A DNA stretch of 64,000 bases. It comes from Bacillales bacterium UBA1188. GTDB lineage: Bacteria > Bacillota_I > Bacilli_A > Izemoplasmatales > UBA1188. The notes under the pieces are model-generated. The model was not told the DNA's origin and did no database searches. It saw only the letters and a list, made by a program, of their open reading frames with translations. This document shows positions 1 to 8,337 of the stretch, one piece after another. The stretch spans positions 25,195 through 89,194 of the forward strand of contig DBYK01000006.1 in NCBI GenBank assembly GCA_002310135.1, in the 5' to 3' direction. Numbering within the stretch: the stretch's first letter is position 1; every line of letters begins with the position of its first letter. Made by a program: the position numbers and the translations under genes.

Positions 1-605
1 TTCCATTCTTTTGCTCTCAAACCAAAAAGTGCAACATTTAGCATATCAGCTTCACTAGCATAAATAAAAGACTTTTGAGCTTCAGTCAATTCAATTGGAA
101 TTAAATAATTTTTAATTGTGTCCGTATGAATTAAATAATTAATTTTTGTCAATAATCTCTTACCTTGCCATTCAAGTTGTTCGCTTTCTTCTACTTTTAG
201 TCTTTGAAATTCTTTAATAATATATAACTTAACTTCAGCTGAAATCCAACTTGCAAATTCTAGTGCTATATCTCTATGAGCGAATGTTCCACCATTTTTA
301 GTTGCTTTTGTCCTAATACCTATTGCATTATAATCATTGACCCATCTTGTTGGAGACATAGTAAAAGAATTTTTACCAGCTTCGCTCAATAGGGGGTCGA
401 ATTCGATGCCTTTAAAATTTGGATTATTAATTTTCTCCCACAATCCTAAAAATTCTAAAGTAGATCTAAGCCTTAGCCAGTTTTTTACAACATCCTTTGG
501 CTCTTTTGGATTTTTTAATCTAGCTATATCTGTTAATGACACGTAATCATCGTCATTAACTCCTGTAACGTTAATTATTTTATCTTTAACAACTATATTC
601 TTCAT
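1..605 (-). CDS. KilA-N domain DNA-binding protein (partial; runs off window start)
   Basis: Not in the ORF track. Manual translation from ATG at 605 (RBS AAAGGTGG) gives MKNIVVKDKIINV..YVSLTDIAR..VKNWLRLRSTLEFLGLWEKINNPNF..GGTFAHRDIALEFASWIS..YASEADMLNVALFG, typical of KilA-N proteins. Confidence 0.9.
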   Translation of the reverse strand, partial: MKNIVVKDKIINVTGVNDDDYVSLTDIARLKNPKEPKDVVKNWLRLRSTLEFLGLWEKINNPNFKGIEFDPLLSEAGKNSFTMSPTRWVNDYNAIGIRTKATKNGGTFAHRDIALEFASWISAEVKLYIIKEFQRLKVEESEQLEWQGKRLLTKINYLIHTDTIKNYLIPIELTEAQKSFIYASEADMLNVALFGLRAKEW

Positions 606-666
606 TTTCTTACCACCTTTATAATTTAATTATACAATATCGTAGATTTTTAATCTACTCATATTT

Positions 667-700
667 AAAATAAAAACTATAGGAAATAATAACCTATAGC
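667..700 (-). terminator. Intrinsic terminator downstream of the lipoprotein gene
   Basis: Stem CTATAGG/CCTATAG (677-699) followed on the minus strand by a T-run. Confidence 0.65.
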
Positions 701-821
701 TTCATATAACGATTATTAGCGGAGCACTCCTAAAGATAATGAGCATACCGTCTCAACGAATCGCCTAAATATTTGAGTTACTTTTGTAAATTATTGATAA
801 GTTTTTCAACTGCAATGTGCA

Positions 822-1913
822 CTATTCTTCATTCAAGCATAAATTTGTATATGAACTAATTATCAGTTCTTTATTATACATATAATCATCATCTATGATA
901 TATCTATAGTTTTCCATCATATCACCACTCTTAGCGATATTAAGTATAATTTCATCTTCAAAAAGCGAAAATGAAAAATTATATGTACCGTTAAACGCAA
1001 TTGATGCGCTGAATATGAATGATTCTCCATCTAGAAGTTGGTCTATTTTTTCTTTATCATTTATAAAGTTTGTATTATCAAAAAAGTTAGCTAAAAATTC
1101 TTTTGTTTTATCTCTTCCAAGTCTATATAGAATACTTGATGCTGATCCAGAAAAAAGGATAGAAAAATCAATACCATTTATATAAGCTAAATCAATCATA
1201 ACTTCTTCTTCTATATAATATTCACTATATAATTCGTCATTACCTAAAACATCATTGAATTCATCATAATTTCTTTTAGTAATTGAAACATAATAATCTG
1301 GAGAGTTATTATCAAGTGAATATATAATCACATATCCACTCTTCATAATATCTACACCATATGTTTTATTAGAGTTTATGATATATGTTCTAAATATTAA
1401 TATGTTTTCGTATTCACTATAAAATGAATCTTTAAAATTGTTAAATCCTTCTGTAGAGTCAACTACATTTATATATGGTAAATCTATAAGTGATATATAA
1501 CTATTCATAAAGTTATCATCTATTATATCCACCTTCATAAAAGCAAACAATTCTCTACTTAGTTGAATTTTATTAATGGTTCCAATATCAATAATTGATT
1601 CAAGCCTATAATAACTATTATTTTTATTTAAATATGATGACCATTTAGTAGAATTTTTTAATGATAATGATACATTATCTCTCTTTTCTTCTAATTTCTT
1701 TATATCTATTAATTCTTTTGTTTCTTTTGGAAGTAATGCAATTTCTTTTTCTAGTCTCACAATTTCAATTATTTTTTCATTGTTGTCTTTTAAAGAATCT
1801 ATATTATTAATTGAAGTGTTTATAATTGTTACATCAGCATCTACATTGTTTGTATTACAACCAAAAAGAATTAAACTAACAAATACAATCAGTATTAACA
1901 ATATTTTTTTCAT
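822..1913 (-). CDS. Hypothetical lipoprotein
   Basis: MKK, hydrophobic stretch and lipobox LFGC; RBS AGGAGG; starts 5 bp after the upstream stop. Confidence 0.8.
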   Translation of the reverse strand: MKKILLILIVFVSLILFGCNTNNVDADVTIINTSINNIDSLKDNNEKIIEIVRLEKEIALLPKETKELIDIKKLEEKRDNVSLSLKNSTKWSSYLNKNNSYYRLESIIDIGTINKIQLSRELFAFMKVDIIDDNFMNSYISLIDLPYINVVDSTEGFNNFKDSFYSEYENILIFRTYIINSNKTYGVDIMKSGYVIIYSLDNNSPDYYVSITKRNYDEFNDVLGNDELYSEYYIEEEVMIDLAYINGIDFSILFSGSASSILYRLGRDKTKEFLANFFDNTNFINDKEKIDQLLDGESFIFSASIAFNGTYNFSFSLFEDEIILNIAKSGDMMENYRYIIDDDYMYNKELIISSYTNLCLNEE

Positions 1914-1918
1914 TGTTT

Positions 1919-3361
1919 TTAATCACCTCCTCTTAATATATAATCTTCCTCTTTTCTAATAATGCGAAAAGAAATGCTGCTTGATTCGTATAGGTATTCG
2001 TTTGGATAAATGAACACAAGCGTTCCACTTAGGTATGCGTCAATATCATCATCCACAAGTACTATTACTCCATTAGGCAGTATGTAGCTTCCATTTGATG
2101 TATGCGGATAATTACCAATTCCTTGATGAATTATTCCTCCAAAACTAGCAAGTCCATTACATAACAGACAGGTTGCATACTGTTGTCCATTATTGAATGC
2201 ATTAGGTGAAACAACGTGTGCTTCAATAACACAGTCGGAGCATAAACAATATGCTTTATGCCCTGTTAGACTATCCCACTGATATAAATAATTATGATTA
2301 TGAGAATGATTATTTATTATCTTTGTATAAAACACTCCGTAGTTGCTGGAATCTAAATAAGAAATTCTTAAATAATAAATATCTGGATTAATATACTTAC
2401 TAAATGTATATGTATAATTATTATTTGATGTGTTAATGCTTAAATTAATGTTTAAAAGATTCATACCTCTATCATATAATCTAATATTGAGCATATTTGA
2501 AGATGAGATTTCAAAATTGTAACTTTTAAATATGTCTGTAGTAATTTCATACATTGCATAATTGTTTGTATAATCGCTATTGATAGATACATCATAATAT
2601 CTTTCCACAATTTGAGGAAGGTTGGCGGTTGGGTTCGTAAAATTTAGCGTCTCGTTTGTTCTGGGCCTAAAATATTTTACATAATTTGCATCTCCACCAT
2701 ATTGTCCAACATATGGGCAGTAATCACCGCTATGTTGATATACGCCTGCTGGGCCCCATTTAGATTTTACAATTACCTGATTTGAGTTTCCACAAACATA
2801 GTTCGGAATAATGTCTCCATTATAATTTACAACTATTCCTGAATGTATGTTTAAATCATCGGTAAAATCATATGGTGTTCCATTGTTGTAAAAATAACAT
2901 ATAATGTCTCCCATTCTAGGTGTTGATACTTCTTCATATGATTGATCAATGAAATAGTCATCTGGACAGTTCATCCAAATAGTGTTGCTATAGCTTTGGT
3001 TGTTCCATGCATATGAATGGCAATTAAAACGAGCTGAAGCGCTATATAGTCTTGTCGCATTTGGAAAATAGTAATCAAATGTGCTATTGTATGTGCTTAT
3101 GAGACTTTGTGACATATCATTCAGTATGTCATATACTTCAATGCTTGTGCCGTTTGGTGTTTGAATACTAGTTATATTAATGTATATATACTCACCATTG
3201 ATTACAAAATAGCCACTACCCTCATTTATGTTTCTATTTCTGATGACATCTATTATACTTGAGTCTGTTAATTCATATCTTGCTTTTTCAACATTTAGAT
3301 TGTTGTTTTGTAAAAATGAAATCGATAAAAACATCATTGATAAAATTAATATTTTTTTCAT
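1919..3361 (-). CDS. Secreted hypothetical protein with papain/NlpC-P60-like Cys-His domain and His/Cys-rich C-terminus
   Basis: Start moved to ATG 3361 (RBS GGAGGT, MKKILILS signal peptide); motifs FNCHSYAW, GDIICY, HSGIV, KSKWG; C-terminal H..CLC..C..H..CLLC. Confidence 0.7.
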   Translation of the reverse strand: MKKILILSMMFLSISFLQNNNLNVEKARYELTDSSIIDVIRNRNINEGSGYFVINGEYIYINITSIQTPNGTSIEVYDILNDMSQSLISTYNSTFDYYFPNATRLYSASARFNCHSYAWNNQSYSNTIWMNCPDDYFIDQSYEEVSTPRMGDIICYFYNNGTPYDFTDDLNIHSGIVVNYNGDIIPNYVCGNSNQVIVKSKWGPAGVYQHSGDYCPYVGQYGGDANYVKYFRPRTNETLNFTNPTANLPQIVERYYDVSINSDYTNNYAMYEITTDIFKSYNFEISSSNMLNIRLYDRGMNLLNINLSINTSNNNYTYTFSKYINPDIYYLRISYLDSSNYGVFYTKIINNHSHNHNYLYQWDSLTGHKAYCLCSDCVIEAHVVSPNAFNNGQQYATCLLCNGLASFGGIIHQGIGNYPHTSNGSYILPNGVIVLVDDDIDAYLSGTLVFIYPNEYLYESSSISFRIIRKEEDYILRGGD

Positions 3362-3446
3362 TGTTTTACCTCCATATATTTTTATAATACACAGCATTAT
3401 TTTTTTATTAGGTTAAAATTATAGTAAAAAGGTTCTTGTTATTTTT

Positions 3447-3476
3447 ATTATACTATGATAATAAAATAAAAATCAA
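3447..3476 (-). promoter_or_regulatory. Putative sigma-70 promoter of the secreted protein/lipoprotein pair
   Basis: Minus strand TTGATT-N18-TATAAT. Confidence 0.45.
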
Positions 3477-3539
3477 TACCATTTATATAGGCTAAATAAA
3501 TCAAAAATAATTATAAAAACAAAAACCTCCCAACATTTC

Positions 3540-3587
3540 TGAATAGTACCCCTCCTCCTGGTTGTCTAGGAGGAGGGGTACTATTCA
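3540..3587. repeat. Perfect 20-bp inverted repeat with 8-nt spacer; resembles paired IS3-family termini (MITE or IS scar)
   Basis: TGAATAGTACCCCTCCTCCT-GGTTGTCT-AGGAGGAGGGGTACTATTCA; TG...CA ends. The repeat is certain, the IS origin is inferred. Confidence 0.75.
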
Positions 3588-3856
3588 ATATTATTCTTAT
3601 GCTTTTTATTATTTTATATTATAACTATATCTTGGTATTGATATGTTTTTATCGACAAGTTAAAACTGCTATATTTTCGACATGGGTGCAGTTATAATAA
3701 GTGCTGACAAATGCCTAAAATATGTTTCCTAAGACATCTCGTTTATTCGTTACAACCCTTAGTTGAAACTACTTAAATGCTGACAAGCTTTATATTCCAT
3801 CAGATGCTCGACAGACTCCAATTATCCGAAATAAGATGAAAATGCCTTAAAATATG

Positions 3857-3893
3857 CTATTTTTACCCTATTTTTAGCTATTTTGAACTATTT
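3857..3893. repeat. Four helically phased CTATTT repeats at the rlmD stop
   Basis: CTATTT starts at 3857, 3868, 3878 and 3888 (spacing 11, 10, 10). Confidence 0.6.
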
Positions 3894-5234
3894 CCTTGTC
3901 AGCAAACAAACTGTTTCAACTAATGCTGTTTCTGTGAAGAAATCATAAGGTGTTATTTTTTCTATATCATATAAATCTAAAAGTTGAGATAAATTCTTTG
4001 CTAAAGTTGAACTATTACAAGATATATAAATGATTCTTGGTGGTTTTATTAATCTCAAAGTGTCTATTACTTTTTGGTCAAGACCACTTCTTGGTGGATC
4101 TAAAACTATTAAATCTGGTTTAATATTCTCTTCTTTTAGTCTTGGCAAGCGATTCTCTATTCTGTCGCTATAAAAAGTAATATTTGAAATATCATTATCT
4201 TTTGCGATAATTCTTGCATTTTTGATTGAATCACTATTATAGTCTATCGAATAGACGTGTTTCGCTTTTTTAGCTATTAAAAGACCTAGTAAACCTATTC
4301 CAGAATAACAATCAAATACTATATCTGTTTCTTTAATATCGCTATTTAATATTTCACTATATAAATTTTTAGATGCTTCACTATTAAGTTGATAGAAAGA
4401 TTTAGGAGATAAACTAACTTTTAAGCCGAGCATATTGTCTCTTATATAATTTCTTCCTTCAAGAAGAATGGTTGTGCTTCCAAAGATTGAGACGCTATTT
4501 TTATCTTGAATAGAATAAAATACAGATTTGATTTCATCCATAGAATCATATACTTCTTTTCCTATTTCTTTAAAAGAATCTTTGAATTCTTTTAATATAA
4601 AAGTTACTTGAGCTTCTTTAGATGATTCTAAGGCTCTTACAACCAAATATTTTAATACTCCACCTTTTTTATCAGTCGTTTCGTTGTGCCTTCTTAGAAT
4701 CGTTAGCACTTTGTTTATTACTGTATTTACAAGTTGGCTTTGAATTTTACATTCATCGATATAAACAAATTTATTTGTGTTTTCTTGATATAGGCCCAAA
4801 GAAAGACCAAAATTGGTGTCTCTAAATGGCATTTGAGCTTTGTTTCTATAGTTATTTAGAGGACTTTCTACAGTTAATCCTATATTTAATTTTTCAGTAT
4901 CTAGGTTAGTATATCTTTTAAGAGAATTGATAAGAATATTTCTTTTTATCTTTAATTGCTCGTTCTTTTTGATGTGTTGAATATTACATGCACCACAATC
5001 CTCATAAAACTTACAAAAAGGTTCTGCTCTTCTATTAGATTTTTCAACGAAAGAATCTATAGTTGCAACTAGATATTTATCGTGAACTTCTGTAACTAAA
5101 GCATAGATTCTCTCTTTAGTTATTGCACCTTTAACAAATACTGCAAGTTTATTGTAGTACCCTATTCCTTCACCATTTATTCCTACTGTCTTAATGTCTA
5201 ATAATATCTTAGATCCTTTTATTATACTAACCAT
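3888..5234 (-). CDS. rlmD: 23S rRNA (uracil-5)-methyltransferase RlmD/RumA
   Basis: TRAM-like N-terminus, C-x5-CGAC Fe-S motif, SFYQLN, DCYSGIG, LDPPRSG, YISCN, VETV. Confidence 0.92.
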   Translation of the reverse strand: MVSIIKGSKILLDIKTVGINGEGIGYYNKLAVFVKGAITKERIYALVTEVHDKYLVATIDSFVEKSNRRAEPFCKFYEDCGACNIQHIKKNEQLKIKRNILINSLKRYTNLDTEKLNIGLTVESPLNNYRNKAQMPFRDTNFGLSLGLYQENTNKFVYIDECKIQSQLVNTVINKVLTILRRHNETTDKKGGVLKYLVVRALESSKEAQVTFILKEFKDSFKEIGKEVYDSMDEIKSVFYSIQDKNSVSIFGSTTILLEGRNYIRDNMLGLKVSLSPKSFYQLNSEASKNLYSEILNSDIKETDIVFDCYSGIGLLGLLIAKKAKHVYSIDYNSDSIKNARIIAKDNDISNITFYSDRIENRLPRLKEENIKPDLIVLDPPRSGLDQKVIDTLRLIKPPRIIYISCNSSTLAKNLSQLLDLYDIEKITPYDFFTETALVETVCLLTRK

Positions 5235-5239
5235 AATAA

Positions 5240-6757
5240 TTACACCTTTTTGTCTTCTAAATCTAAATCAAAATAAAAACACACTCCACAAGAAGTATTA
5301 TATACGCCATATTCATTTCCATATGTTTCCATAATAGATTTAACTATCGCAAGGCCTAAGCCAGATCCTCCATATTGTCTACTTCTAGATTTATCTATTT
5401 TATAGAATGAATCAAATATTCTTGATTGATTATCTTCTGATATAAAACTACCAGAATTAAATATTGTGATTCTGAATTTGTTGTCTTTTGATTCACCTTT
5501 AACTTTTATTGTTTTTTCTTCCCCTTCAACATGATTTATTGCATTATTGAAGATGTTTGAAAATACAGATTCCATCATATCATAGTCTCCAACTACTTGA
5601 ACGTCTTCAACATCTATATCTAGATTAATATTTTTATCTTTGATTTTTAATTCAAATGGCTTAATTGAAAGATTGATCATTTCAAGGATTTGGAATTCTT
5701 CTCTATCGAGTGATAAGAATCCAGATTCAATTTGGGTAAATTTGAGAAGATCTTTAACAAGTTTATCCATTCTCTTTGATTCGTCGATGATGATATCTGC
5801 ATAACTATTGACATCTTCTTGAGTCAATCCTTCAAGTTTTAATGCTTCTGAATAACCTTCAATAATAGATATTGGGGTTTTTAATTCATGAGATACGTCT
5901 GAGATAAATTCTTCTCTTAAATTATTTATTCTTTCTTTAAGTTTTATATCTTTTTCTAAAGCTATATTAGCTTCTCTTAAAGAATTGATAGATTTTTCTA
6001 ATTCATCACTCATCTTATTTATTGAAATGGATAAAGATCCTATCTCATCTTTACTCTTAACATCTAATTTAGTAGAAAAATCTAAGGCAGCCATTTTTCT
6101 TGTCTTCTCTTCTGCTTCTTTAAGAGGTTTCACAAATCCTTTTGAAATAAAGAGGGAACCTACACATGTGACAATAAGTAAAATGAGAGTAAGGTAGGTT
6201 GTGAATGCATTAAAAATACCTGTATTCGCTCTTACAGATGCATAAGTTGTGAAGATGAATACATAGCCAACGCATTCACCGTTTTTTAAAGTTCTACCTA
6301 GGAATGCAATATCGGTTAGATTGGATTGCCTATCCGATTTAAATTCTATTATCTTACCGCCATCTTTAACAAAGTTATCGATTGCCTCAACACTATCAAG
6401 TTTTCCATAATCTTTAACTCTAATATTGAAATCTGTAATATTTCTAACTGAGCCTGGCCTATTATCAATTTTTTCTCCATTTAGGTCGAAGATATAAATT
6501 GAAAGGCCAGTATTGATTGATAAATCATTGATTTCAAACATCATATTCATAGTTCCAACAGTTGCCCCATTTTCATCTTTATAGAAATCTGAGTTTTCAA
6601 CTATTTCTTGAACATCTAAAGCGGTATTAATTAAAGTTTCTCTCTTCTGATGAATGAAGAAAATATCTAGAAATATATTTTCAAATAAAATCAAAAGAAG
6701 CGAAAAAACAATTAGCACTCCTGAAAAGGCGAGAACTAATTTTCTAGATAGTTTCAT
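5240..6757 (-). CDS. Two-component sensor histidine kinase (2 TM, HAMP, HisKA, HATPase)
   Basis: DEIGSL HAMP, SHELKTP H-box, NAINH, GGSGLGLAIVK. Confidence 0.95.
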   Translation of the reverse strand: MKLSRKLVLAFSGVLIVFSLLLILFENIFLDIFFIHQKRETLINTALDVQEIVENSDFYKDENGATVGTMNMMFEINDLSINTGLSIYIFDLNGEKIDNRPGSVRNITDFNIRVKDYGKLDSVEAIDNFVKDGGKIIEFKSDRQSNLTDIAFLGRTLKNGECVGYVFIFTTYASVRANTGIFNAFTTYLTLILLIVTCVGSLFISKGFVKPLKEAEEKTRKMAALDFSTKLDVKSKDEIGSLSISINKMSDELEKSINSLREANIALEKDIKLKERINNLREEFISDVSHELKTPISIIEGYSEALKLEGLTQEDVNSYADIIIDESKRMDKLVKDLLKFTQIESGFLSLDREEFQILEMINLSIKPFELKIKDKNINLDIDVEDVQVVGDYDMMESVFSNIFNNAINHVEGEEKTIKVKGESKDNKFRITIFNSGSFISEDNQSRIFDSFYKIDKSRSRQYGGSGLGLAIVKSIMETYGNEYGVYNTSCGVCFYFDLDLEDKKV

Positions 6758-7451
6758 TTATCCCTTCCTTTTCGTATTTGAGTTCTAACTTATATCCTAT
6801 ACTTCTTACAGTACTTATATATTTAGATGCTTCATTTAATTTCGCTCTTAATTGTTTAACATGAGTATCTACAGTTCTTAAATCTCCATAATAATCATAA
6901 TTCCAAACATTATTTAGTATTTTATCCCTTGATAAAGCAATTCCTTTATTGTCAATAAAACATTTGAGTAGTTCAAATTCTTTTGGAGTAAGTTGTATTA
7001 ATTCATCTTTTACATACACTTCTCTTGCGGCAAAATCCATTTTTATGATTCCATAATTAATCACTTTACCATCATCCTCTTGACCTTTTAATAATTTTTC
7101 GCATCTTGCGAGAAGAATATTAGGCGAAAATGGTTTTGTGACATAATCATCAGCACCAAGTTTAAAACCTTTAAGTTGGCTATCTTCTTCAGCCTTAGCT
7201 GTGAGCATTACAACTGGAACATTTGATGATTTTTTGATTTTTTCAAGCACATACCATCCAGAATATTTAGGCATCATAACATCTAATATTACTAGATTAA
7301 TCTTATATTTGCCTGAAAAAAAGATGTTGATTGCATCCTCGCCATCTACCGCTTCTATACAACGATAACCATATTTCTTAATAAAGAATTCACATAATAA
7401 TTTTCTAATTCTAAGTTCATCATCCGCAATTAATATAGTGATATTTTTCAT
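6744..7451 (-). CDS. OmpR/PhoB-family response regulator
   Basis: ADDE, LDVMMP, GADDYVTKPF, LTPKEFELL, RTVDTHVKQLRAKL. Confidence 0.95.
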   Translation of the reverse strand: MKNITILIADDELRIRKLLCEFFIKKYGYRCIEAVDGEDAINIFFSGKYKINLVILDVMMPKYSGWYVLEKIKKSSNVPVVMLTAKAEEDSQLKGFKLGADDYVTKPFSPNILLARCEKLLKGQEDDGKVINYGIIKMDFAAREVYVKDELIQLTPKEFELLKCFIDNKGIALSRDKILNNVWNYDYYGDLRTVDTHVKQLRAKLNEASKYISTVRSIGYKLELKYEKEGINETI

Positions 7452-7523
7452 ATGAATAACCTCCAGATAATTATAATTATATTATATATTATTTTTTTGA
7501 TATTTTTGTGAAGTTTTTGAGAT

Positions 7524-7556
7524 AAAAAAATCTTAAGCGTTGATTTGCTTAAGATT
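7524..7556 (-). terminator. Intrinsic terminator after dut
   Basis: AATCTTAAGC/GCTTAAGATT stem with a T-run on the minus strand. Confidence 0.75.
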
Positions 7557-8016
7557 ATTTTCCAGTTGAACCAAAACCACCTGTCCTATCGTCTATAGAT
7601 TCATCATCTACAGTTATTCCATATTCCAAGAATATGCCTTGTGCGAATCTATCACCTTTCTTTAATGATAGAACTTTATCAGAATGATTTGTGAGCATAA
7701 TTATTATGTGTCCCTCATTCATTGCATTATAGTAATCACTATCTATAACTCCTACTGTATTATCTAATGTAAGTTTATATTTTCTTCCAAGACTACTTCT
7801 TGGGAATATTAGAAGGCAGAAATCCTCATTCATCTTACAACGAACATTTGTCTCTATTTCTATAGATTCATTTGGATTAATAGTCACATCATATGGAGTA
7901 TAAAAATCATATCCTGCGCTATTTTTACTTGCACGTTTTGGGAGTATTATATCATTATAGAAATCTTTGTTTTTATCATTTAAACTAATCTTTTCAAATT
8001 TAGCTATCTTTTTCAT
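7555..8016 (-). CDS. dut: dUTP diphosphatase (trimeric dUTPase)
   Basis: SAGYDF, PRSSLG, GVIDSDY, RFAQGIF, RTGGFGSTG. Confidence 0.95.
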   Translation of the reverse strand: MKKIAKFEKISLNDKNKDFYNDIILPKRASKNSAGYDFYTPYDVTINPNESIEIETNVRCKMNEDFCLLIFPRSSLGRKYKLTLDNTVGVIDSDYYNAMNEGHIIIMLTNHSDKVLSLKKGDRFAQGIFLEYGITVDDESIDDRTGGFGSTGK

Positions 8017-8236
8017 CTTTTTTCTCCTTATATGATAATAGTTTAATTAGAAAGTGAAATGCAAAAACAAAAAAAATGAGAGTTAGAGCAATGCTTCCAA
8101 TAAAATACATCAAATTAACTACTTGAAAATCTTGATTCATCATAGTTTGGAAGGTATTAATCACAAGAATCATAGATAAACCAGACAAAATAGTAAGTAG
8201 TATTACAAGTATAATATATAAAATCTTTTTATTCAT
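8000..8236 (-). CDS. Small two-TM hypothetical membrane protein
   Basis: RBS GAGGA, two hydrophobic helices, overlaps the dut start. Confidence 0.7.
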   Translation of the reverse strand: MNKKILYIILVILLTILSGLSMILVINTFQTMMNQDFQVVNLMYFIGSIALTLIFFVFAFHFLIKLLSYKEKKDEKDS

Positions 8237-8337
8237 TTGACTTTCCTCTTACTATAAAATTATAGATTAATTTTAACATATTTTTTCCACTTTATAATAC
8301 ATTTGGTATATAATATCTAATAGAGGGGACATTTAGA

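Noticed and set aside
337-546. 69-aa plus-strand ORF
   Set aside because: Antisense shadow of the KilA-N gene, which the ORF track missed because it runs off the window
700-785. HDV-like ribozyme, fluoride riboswitch or group II intron domain V
   Set aside because: Partial resemblances (GCTAAT, GGCGAT, GAGACGGTATGC) but the required P3/L3, pseudoknot or domain V pairing could not be built; kept only as an unassigned structure
1899-3367. Identical 20-nt AAAACAATGAAAAAAATATT at the starts of the two secreted genes
   Set aside because: Low-complexity MKKIL signal-peptide start, common in AT-rich genomes; not evidence of a recombination repeat
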